From assembly GCA_964555185.1 (NCBI GenBank), contig CAZKRD010000004.1:755-64754 (forward strand): a DNA stretch of 64,000 bases, in the 5' to 3' direction. Made by a program: the position numbers and the translations under genes. Origin of the DNA: an uncultured Candidatus Saccharibacteria bacterium. Lineage in GTDB: Bacteria > Patescibacteriota > JAQUNI01. The notes beneath the pieces were generated by a model. It worked only from the letters and a program-made list of their open reading frames with translations. It did not search any database and was not told where the DNA came from. This document shows, in pieces, positions 57,547 through 64,000 of the stretch (position 1 is its first letter; each line of letters opens with the position of its first letter).

Positions 57547-58155
57547 ATGTCTCAAGCAGAAGAACAAGGACTGGAAAAAAGGGGTTTAGTTTGGAGACTA
57601 GGGCGTTTTATTTGGGAAATTACCAAAGTTGTGGCAATATCTTTGGCGATTGTTCTGCCGGTCCGTTATTTTTTGATTCAGCCATTTTTTGTGAAGGGCG
57701 CTTCAATGGAGCCCAATTTTGAAGATGGTGAATACCTGATTGTTGACGAATTAAGTTATAATCTGGGGAGCCCGGAACGGGGAGAGGTAGTCGTGTTTCG
57801 TTACCCCAAGGAGCCCTCCCAGTATTATATCAAGAGGATTATCGGTTTGCCGGGCGAACGAATTAAGATTTCCGGCGGTCAGATAACAATTTTCAATTCT
57901 CTTCACCCAGACGGCTTTGTCTTGAATGAATCTGATTATTTGTACAACTTGTCCCGTACACCAGGCAGTATTGATCTTATGCTGGGAGCGGGCGAATATT
58001 TTGTTTTAGGAGACAACAGAGGGGCAAGTTCAGATTCGCGGGTTTTCGGCCCGGTAAATAAAGATGATATAATTGGCCGGGCTTGGATTCGGGCTTGGCC
58101 CGCCAATAGAATCACTAAGTTTGATTACCCCAGCTTCTTGCAGGATTTAAAGTAG
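57547..58155 (+). CDS. lepB: Signal peptidase I
   Basis: GASMEPNF (catalytic Ser) and GDNRGASSDSR. Confidence 0.85.
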   Translation: MSQAEEQGLEKRGLVWRLGRFIWEITKVVAISLAIVLPVRYFLIQPFFVKGASMEPNFEDGEYLIVDELSYNLGSPERGEVVVFRYPKEPSQYYIKRIIGLPGERIKISGGQITIFNSLHPDGFVLNESDYLYNLSRTPGSIDLMLGAGEYFVLGDNRGASSDSRVFGPVNKDDIIGRAWIRAWPANRITKFDYPSFLQDLK

Positions 58156-58206
58156 AAATTTTAATTATAACTTTGAACTTTGAACTTTTAACTTTGCACT
58201 AAACTC

Positions 58207-59556
58207 ATGCCTCGCAAAAAACAAACAAAAGCAAAAATTCAAGAGCCTGTCCGCAGAAGACGGTCATCATTTAAGACGGTTAAAGGGACCAAGGATATTT
58301 TGCCTGATGAGCAGCCTTGCTGGGATCTGGTCCGGGGCGCGGTTCGCGATTTAGCCCGAAGCTACAATTTCAGCCGGATCGATACTCCGATTATTGAAGA
58401 CGCCAATCTTTTTGTGCGGGGAGTGGGTTTGGGAACGGATATTGTTGATAAAGAGATGTTCAGTTTGAGAGGCAGAGGCGGAGGAGCGATTGCGCTCCGG
58501 CCAGAAAACACAGCCGGAGTGGCAAGGGCCTACGTTGAACACGGCCTTGCCAGGAATCCGCAGCCTGTGAAGCTGTATTATTTCGGTCCGATGTTCCGAT
58601 ATGATCAGCCGCAAGCCGGCCGGCAGAGGCAGTTTTATCAATTCGGTTTTGAGGTTTTAGGATCTGCCTCTCCTGCCTCTGACGCGCAGATGGTTTTGAT
58701 CACTATTGTTCTTTTGAAGGACTTGGGGCTTTCGGATGTGACCGTGCAGATTAATAGCGTAGGGTGCGCTAATTGCTGTGCGGATTACAAACAGAATCTA
58801 GTGAGCTATTATCAGGGTCAGACTAGTAAACTTTGTGCTGACTGTAAGCGGCGTTTGAGGGCAAATCCGCTGCGCCTTTTGGATTGCAAGGAAGAGAAAT
58901 GTCAGCGCCTTTCTAATCAGGCGCCGGTTTTGATTGATTCTCTGTGCAAAGAATGCCATAACCACTTCAAGGAAGTGCTGGAGCACCTTGATCAGTTGGA
59001 AATCCCCTATAATTTTAATCCCAAGTTAGTGAGGGGTTTGGATTATTATACTAAAACCGTTTTTGAAATTTGGCCTTCCAATATTAAAAAGGGCGCGGGT
59101 TCGCGGCAGGCTGCTTTGGCTGGCGGGGGGAGGTATGATGATTTAATTGAAGAATTAGGAGGAGAGCCAACGCCGGCAGTAGGGGTTTCCTGCGGCGTGG
59201 AAAGAATCATTTCAAAATTATTGGAAGAGGGGATAAGCATTCCCTCTTCACCTGGGCCGCAGATTTTTTTGGCTCAACTGGGAGAGCTAGCCAAAAGGAA
59301 AGCATTGGGCCTTTTTGAGGAGCTGCGCCGAAAAGGGATTCCAATCGCCGCCTCTTTCTCGCGAGATAGTCTTGGGTCTCAATTAAGAGTAGCCAATCGT
59401 CTTAAAGTCAAACTGGCTTTGATTTTGGGACAGAAAGAGGCTTTAGAGGGGGCGATTTTGGTGCGGGATATGGAGACGGGTGTCCAGGAGCTTGTTGATA
59501 TTAAGAAGGTGGCAGGAGAGATTAAAAGAAGATTGAAGAGAGCCAGAAAGAAATAA
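58207..59556 (+). CDS. hisS: Histidine--tRNA ligase
   Basis: Class II motifs, FRYDQPQAGRQRQFYQFG, GGGRYD. Confidence 0.9.
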   Translation: MPRKKQTKAKIQEPVRRRRSSFKTVKGTKDILPDEQPCWDLVRGAVRDLARSYNFSRIDTPIIEDANLFVRGVGLGTDIVDKEMFSLRGRGGGAIALRPENTAGVARAYVEHGLARNPQPVKLYYFGPMFRYDQPQAGRQRQFYQFGFEVLGSASPASDAQMVLITIVLLKDLGLSDVTVQINSVGCANCCADYKQNLVSYYQGQTSKLCADCKRRLRANPLRLLDCKEEKCQRLSNQAPVLIDSLCKECHNHFKEVLEHLDQLEIPYNFNPKLVRGLDYYTKTVFEIWPSNIKKGAGSRQAALAGGGRYDDLIEELGGEPTPAVGVSCGVERIISKLLEEGISIPSSPGPQIFLAQLGELAKRKALGLFEELRRKGIPIAASFSRDSLGSQLRVANRLKVKLALILGQKEALEGAILVRDMETGVQELVDIKKVAGEIKRRLKRARKK

Positions 59557-59670
59557 ATTCTACGCTGGCTTGCCAGCGGTTAACCCCTGCCAAGAGCAGG
59601 GTAGAAGGCGGTGTTAGAGGCAGTTTTTGACCAAAAACAAAACAAGAGATTAATTAGCACAATTCGTAAG

Positions 59671-59988
59671 ATGTGTATTTTTTGTGACATTGTGCAGGAA
59701 AAACACAAGGCCGACCTAGTGCATCGCGGTAAAAATTTGATCGCTTTTTCTGATATTAATCCCAAGGCGCCGGTCCATATTTTAATTGTGCCCAAAAAAC
59801 ACATTGAGTCAATCCAGAAATTAAAGGCAGAAGATGCTCCTTTGGTTTCAGAACTTATTTTCACGGCCCAGAAGATTGCAAAGGAAAAGGGCATTAGTGC
59901 TGGTTATAAATTAATCTTTAACTGCGGTCCGGGCGGCGGCCAGGTGGTTTCACACCTCCATTTGCATTTGCTGGGAGGATGGAAATAG
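59671..59988 (+). CDS. HIT-family (histidine triad) protein
   Basis: C-terminal HLHLHLLGG. Confidence 0.75.
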   Translation: MCIFCDIVQEKHKADLVHRGKNLIAFSDINPKAPVHILIVPKKHIESIQKLKAEDAPLVSELIFTAQKIAKEKGISAGYKLIFNCGPGGGQVVSHLHLHLLGGWK

Positions 59989-60170
59989 TTTGACCAAAGC
60001 AGCTAATCAGTGTTATTATGATTTATACTAACCAGCTTCTTCCTTCTTCCAAATTCCACCCTATATAACCAGGGTGACCATTCAAAGCTCCTAAATTATT
60101 CAGTTCAGGAGCGAAGGGTGGCATCATTCATCATACATAATTCATAATTTCAAAAGGGAGGTGAATACAC

Positions 60171-60413
60171 TTGATCGAAGTTAAAAAGAAAGGATCTGAA
60201 TCTCTGTCCAGCCTTCTTCGTAGATTTAACCGCAAGGTGCAGCAGAGCGGTATTTTAGTTCAAGCGCGAAAAATCAGATTTTACGCGCGGCCCAAAAGCA
60301 AAAAGAAGGTCAAAGAAAGCGCGATTCGGTGCGCCAAGATTGCCAAAGAGAAAGAATATTTGAGAAAGATAGGCAAAGAGATGGAGTTTGTTCACAAAAG
60401 AAGGCGACGTTAA
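60171..60413 (+). CDS. rpsU: 30S ribosomal protein S21. TTG start after the RBS aaagggaggtg. The TAA stop overlaps the ATG of the next gene (TAATG)
   Basis: LRRFNRKVQQSGIL..RK..FY.RP..KKK.K, a basic 80-aa protein. Confidence 0.75.
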   Translation: MIEVKKKGSESLSSLLRRFNRKVQQSGILVQARKIRFYARPKSKKKVKESAIRCAKIAKEKEYLRKIGKEMEFVHKRRRR

Positions 60414-60862
60414 TGAATATTAAAGAACAAATCGAGGAGGATTTTAAGCAGGCCTACCTTAAAAAAGATAAGGAGAAGGCGGCTGTTTTGGCTATGCTGA
60501 AGAGCACTCTCCAGAACGAGGAGATCGCTCGCAAGCGAGAAGGTTTGTCGGAAGAAGACGTGATTGGTATTATTAAAAGAGAGGTAAAGATGCGAAAGGA
60601 GGCTCTTTCAGAGTGGGAAAAAGCGGGGCGCAAAGAGGAGGCTGCAACTGAGAAGGAGGCAATTAAGATTTTAGAGCATTATTTGCCCGCAATGCTTTCT
60701 CGGGCAGAGATAGAGAAGATGGTAAAAGAGACGATTAGTGAAGTAAAGGCGGCATCTCCCCAAGATTTAGGCAAGGTGATGGGAGGTTTGATGCCCAAAT
60801 TGAAGGGGAAAGCAGACGGCGGAATGGTGAGCAAGATCGTGCAGGAACTATTATCAGATTAG
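60413..60862 (+). CDS. yqeY: GatB/YqeY-domain protein
   Basis: N-terminal IKEQIEEDFKQAYLKKDKEKAAVLAMLKSTL. Conserved rpsU-yqeY synteny. Confidence 0.7.
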   Translation: MNIKEQIEEDFKQAYLKKDKEKAAVLAMLKSTLQNEEIARKREGLSEEDVIGIIKREVKMRKEALSEWEKAGRKEEAATEKEAIKILEHYLPAMLSRAEIEKMVKETISEVKAASPQDLGKVMGGLMPKLKGKADGGMVSKIVQELLSD

Positions 60863-60913
60863 ATTCTTGAATATAATACAATAAAATAATTTACAAAATA
60901 AAAATATAAATTT

Positions 60914-62230
60914 ATGCCGGCGCCACCTCCAAACAATTTACCCATTAATAACCCTAACCTTCGTAATAACCCTGATTCCTCTCCTTCTTCTGGAGACCTG
61001 CGGGCGAAGGGTCCATCTCCTACTCTGCCGGGACAAAATGCCCTGGCAGGGGGCTTGGAGCGGAAACTTTCGGTTAAGGATGTTAGAGGGGCAGAAGCTC
61101 CAAACCAAAATTTTCAAAGCTCTCTTCGGGAAGAGAGAGGGGGCATGGCGTCTGTTCCTCCGTCCCAGGGAGCAGACAGGCCTTTTTTAGAAAGACCCGC
61201 TGGCGAGACAGTAGAAAGTAACAGTTTGCGAGAACAATCCCAGCGAGTAATGCCCGAGCAGTATCGAGGAACGAAGGGAGCAAGGGACTGGAAGGCAGAT
61301 TCTTCGCTTCCGCCTCTGCCGGAACCGCCGTCAAAGGCAGGCGGCCGGGCAAACCCGTCTTTAGAACAACAACCCAAGAAAAAAATTATATCCGGCAAAA
61401 TGGTTGTCGTTCTCATTATTTTGATTATTATTGGAGGCGGCGTCTTTGCTTACTTTAATTGGTTCGCGGGTCTTGAAACATTGCCTTGGGAAAAATCTAC
61501 TGAACTGCCGGAAGAGCTCCCGGAAGCACCCCCCGCTCTGCCCGAAGAGCCAGGGGAAATTCCATCAGAGCCCGAGCCTACGACCAAGGAAGGAATTCCT
61601 CCTTCTGATTTAGATACTGATGGCGACGGTTTGAGCGATCAAGAAGAAGAGGAGTTGGGGACTAATTTAGAGGACGCGGATTCTGATCGAGACGGGATCC
61701 CAGATGGCTGGGAAGTGGAAGCTGGGCTTGATCCCCTAGATCCTTCTGACAATACCCAGGATCCGGATGCGGACGGCTTGGATAATTCCAATGAATATTA
61801 TTACAACAGCGATCCTAAAAACAGCGATACAGACGGAGATTCTTACCCTGACGGGATGGAGGTAGATAACGGGTATGACCCAACCAAGGCTGACGCGAAG
61901 TTAGGAGCAAAATCACAAGAGCAGCTGGGTGTTGTTACGGACGCCCAAAACAGAGACAGGACGCGCAAGAACGACCTCAAGGCACTAGAGCTTGCTTTGG
62001 AATTATATTACGATGACAACGGCTTTTTCCCAGAATCCTTAGCAAGTCTAACCCCTGATTATGTGATCAGGATACCTAATGATCCTTTAAACCCCCAGTA
62101 TTCTTATCAATACGAAATGATTTCTCCGGTCAGTTACGCTTTAGAAGCGGTTATTGAATCAGAGGGCGATCCTGATGATCTAAAAGACGGGTCAGAGGAT
62201 CATTTATATCAAGTGAGAGTGAGGGAGTAA
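60914..62230 (+). CDS. Hypothetical envelope protein: Pro-rich N-terminus, single TM helix, Asp-rich calcium-binding (thrombospondin-type-3-like DxDxDG) repeats, and a C-terminal type-II-secretion pseudopilin (GspG)-like domain
   Basis: DTDGDGLSDQEE..DSDRDGIPDGWE..DPDADGLDN..DTDGDSYPDGME. The C-terminus RKNDLKALELALELYYDDNGFFPESL...IPNDPLNPQYSYQY resembles the pilin-fold consensus (A.sD....al..Y..dnG.YP..l......P.DPwg..Y.Y). Confidence 0.45.
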   Translation: MPAPPPNNLPINNPNLRNNPDSSPSSGDLRAKGPSPTLPGQNALAGGLERKLSVKDVRGAEAPNQNFQSSLREERGGMASVPPSQGADRPFLERPAGETVESNSLREQSQRVMPEQYRGTKGARDWKADSSLPPLPEPPSKAGGRANPSLEQQPKKKIISGKMVVVLIILIIIGGGVFAYFNWFAGLETLPWEKSTELPEELPEAPPALPEEPGEIPSEPEPTTKEGIPPSDLDTDGDGLSDQEEEELGTNLEDADSDRDGIPDGWEVEAGLDPLDPSDNTQDPDADGLDNSNEYYYNSDPKNSDTDGDSYPDGMEVDNGYDPTKADAKLGAKSQEQLGVVTDAQNRDRTRKNDLKALELALELYYDDNGFFPESLASLTPDYVIRIPNDPLNPQYSYQYEMISPVSYALEAVIESEGDPDDLKDGSEDHLYQVRVRE

Positions 62231-62668
62231 AACTTGTAACCTGTAGCTTGTAACCTGTAACCCAAGAGAAAGAATATGGAGAGAAAAAACAGGTTTCATC
62301 GCGATTTAAAGTTGTTAATGGACGGGTTTGTTAATAAGGTTTACGATTATACTCAAAATTTTCCTAAAGAAGAACGGTTTGGTGTTACTTCTCAATTACG
62401 CAGAGCAGCCTTGTCAGTAATTTTGAATTATATTGAGGGTTACGCTAGGCAAAGGAAAGCTGTTTTAAGAAACTTTCTAGAGATTTCTTACGGTTCCTTA
62501 AAAGAAGCAAAGTACCTTATTTATTTTTCATATAAAAGAAGATATCTTAAATTGAAAGAATCTAAAGAACTGTTAGAGCTTACGGAGAAGATTGGGGCAA
62601 TGCTCTGGGGGATTATTTCAAAACTCGTAACTTGAGTTACAAGTTACAGGTTACAAATTACAAGTATA
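62231..62668. repeat. Inverted repeats bracketing the second four-helix-bundle gene (ttgtaacctgtagcttgtaacctgtaaccc at 62231-62262, and gttacaagttacaggttacaaattacaag at 62637-62668)
   Basis: gttacaggttacaa is the reverse complement of ttgtaacctgtaac. Confidence 0.6.
62276..62635 (+). CDS. Four-helix-bundle protein (TIGR02436 family), second copy
   Basis: FPKEERFGVTSQLRRAALSVILNYIEGYARQRKAVLRNFLEISYGSLKEAKYLIY. Confidence 0.7.
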   Translation: MERKNRFHRDLKLLMDGFVNKVYDYTQNFPKEERFGVTSQLRRAALSVILNYIEGYARQRKAVLRNFLEISYGSLKEAKYLIYFSYKRRYLKLKESKELLELTEKIGAMLWGIISKLVT

Positions 62669-63082
62669 ATGGTTTTCTACTTCCGAAATTTAACCTCTGA
62701 AAAATTGGATCAGATTTTTTTTCAAAGAGTTTTAAAGAAGACAGCGGAGTTTGAGTCGGAATTGAATCATTTTGAGATCAGTCTGGTTTTGGTGGATGAT
62801 CAGAAAATGCGCGGCTTGAATAAAAAACATCGCGGGAGCGATGCGATCACCGATGTTTTATCTTTTAATCTGGGCAGTGGGATTGGTGAGATTTTTATTT
62901 CGGGAGAGAGAGCCAAGTCCCAGGCGCGGGCCTGCGGCTGGAGTTTCAAGAGAGAATTAGCTACCCTGTTTGTTCACGGACTGCTTCACCTGTTAGACTA
63001 TAATGATCAAGGTCTCAAAGAGCGCCAGGAGATGTTTAAACTTCAAGACGAAGTCGTAGATAGTTTAAGAATTAAGGATTGA
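62669..63082 (+). CDS. ybeY: Endoribonuclease YbeY (rRNA maturation factor)
   Basis: HGLLHLLDY, a H..H.....H-like zinc motif. Confidence 0.8.
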   Translation: MVFYFRNLTSEKLDQIFFQRVLKKTAEFESELNHFEISLVLVDDQKMRGLNKKHRGSDAITDVLSFNLGSGIGEIFISGERAKSQARACGWSFKRELATLFVHGLLHLLDYNDQGLKERQEMFKLQDEVVDSLRIKD

Positions 63083-63089
63083 AATTCCA

Positions 63090-63458
63090 TTGATGTCTTT
63101 TTTGAGCGTAGGAAAATTATTCCGCAGCTTTCATTATGCCTCTCGCGGCATTTACCGGGCTTTTCTTCGTGAACAGAATTTCAGGATTGGTATTTTTTTC
63201 AGTTTGATCGTCATTTTCCTTATGGTATACTATGAGGTAGTGGTTTGGGAGAAGGTGCTTTTGATTTTAGCGATTGTTGTCGGTTTGATTTTGGAGCTAT
63301 TTAACACGGTCTTGGAGAAAGTAGTCAACGTTTTGAAACCGCGCAGCCACCCTTATGCAGAGGTGATTAAAGATATGATGGCGGGATCAGTGCTTCTTGT
63401 TTTCACTGGCGGGGTGGTGATCGCGATATTAATTTTTTGGTCTTATGTTTTTAAATAA
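63090..63458 (+). CDS. dgkA: Diacylglycerol/undecaprenol kinase (DgkA family)
   Basis: Three TM helices and ELFNTVLEKVVN (Ala/Glu-rich catalytic helix). Confidence 0.7.
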   Translation: MMSFLSVGKLFRSFHYASRGIYRAFLREQNFRIGIFFSLIVIFLMVYYEVVVWEKVLLILAIVVGLILELFNTVLEKVVNVLKPRSHPYAEVIKDMMAGSVLLVFTGGVVIAILIFWSYVFK

Positions 63459-63523
63459 AGTCAAAAGAGAATTTTTTGGCTCTTTATTCTTTATTATTGT
63501 ATTTTCATTTTGATTTAATCTTT

Positions 63524-64000
63524 ATGTCAAAACAAGAAATAATTTGCGGGATTGATATTGGTTGTTCTAAGGTTAGAGTAGTAGTGGTAGAGAAATGGGG
63601 CGCGGAAGAAAAGCTTCAGATTTTAGGCTTGGGCGAGGTTTCCGCTGCCGGGATCAGGAAGGGAGCGGTGGTTGATTCAGAGGAGGTGATTAGCAGCATC
63701 TCGGAGGCCCTAGAGAAAGCAGAGCGAGTGGCCGGCCTGCCGATTGAACGAGCCTTTATTTCCGTGGGCGGTCCCCATATTTCCTATTTAGAATCAAGAG
63801 GAGTGATCGCTATTTCAAGAGCAGACGGCGAGATCTCGCGAGCAGACGTCAATCGGGCAATGGAAGCCGCTTCCGCGATCACGGTCCCCTCTAATCATGA
63901 AATTATGCATATCCTGCCGCGCGATTTCACGGTTGATGACGAGAGCGGCGTTAAAGATCCGACCGGGATGAGCGGGGTTCGTTTGGAAGTGGTTACCACT
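63524..64000 (+). CDS. ftsA: Cell division protein FtsA, 3'-truncated by the window edge
   Basis: ICGIDIGCSKVRVVVVE actin-fold phosphate-1 motif and downstream ISVGGPHI. Confidence 0.8.
   Translation, partial: MSKQEIICGIDIGCSKVRVVVVEKWGAEEKLQILGLGEVSAAGIRKGAVVDSEEVISSISEALEKAERVAGLPIERAFISVGGPHISYLESRGVIAISRADGEISRADVNRAMEAASAITVPSNHEIMHILPRDFTVDDESGVKDPTGMSGVRLEVVTT

Noticed and set aside
59580-59894. 104-aa minus-strand ORF overlapping the HIT gene
   Set aside because: Antisense to a gene with a clear HIT motif. No independent support.

Overview
The window reads as a small-genome, AT-rich bacterial chromosome segment. Candidate Phyla Radiation/Patescibacteria is my inference, based on the four-helix-bundle proteins, giant surface proteins, many Shine-Dalgarno-less starts and a translation-heavy core. 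The first ~14 kb hold two giant surface-protein genes. The first is 5'-truncated and highly repetitive, with tail-fibre-like motifs and an internal Peptidase_S74-like intramolecular-chaperone autoproteolysis domain. The second is a 2518-aa membrane-anchored array of at least 9 LamG-type lectin domains plus CBM-like modules. The rest is housekeeping: ileS, recO, tgt, glyQS, metG, leuS, glmS, glyA, hisS, topA, dprA, mfd, pth, lepB, parAB, rpsU-yqeY, ybeY-dgkA-ftsA and others. What the gene list does not explain is dense colonisation by small selfish elements, in three families. (i) AT-rich palindromic repeats built from ttttcaa / ccaatga / caaacNgtttg modules fill most intergenic gaps. They also sit in-frame inside essential genes (ileS, metG, leuS and the pth C-terminus). 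(ii) A GC-rich REP-like palindrome (GTAGGGGCGAC..GTCGCCC) occurs twice inside an IS200-like RAYT Y1-transposase gene and again in-frame inside tgt and ileS. (iii) A second GC-rich hairpin family (cctgccttcgcc..ggcaggc) is flanked by 8-11 bp direct repeats and also lies in-frame in tgt and ileS. Together this resembles the Rickettsia-palindromic-element situation of selfish DNA inside protein-coding genes. Other notable points are a degenerate second copy of the syntenic block AI-2E transporter / rsmI / small ORF / metG at 43.8-45.35 kb with both end genes truncated, a 3' tRNA fragment next to tRNA-Leu, a 35-nt double-dyad motif shared by the glmS upstream region and the pth-mfd spacer, a candidate structured sRNA, a MITE-like element with 18-bp terminal inverted repeats, and four-helix-bundle protein genes bracketed by inverted repeats. 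No CRISPR array, rRNA gene or obvious defence operon was seen.
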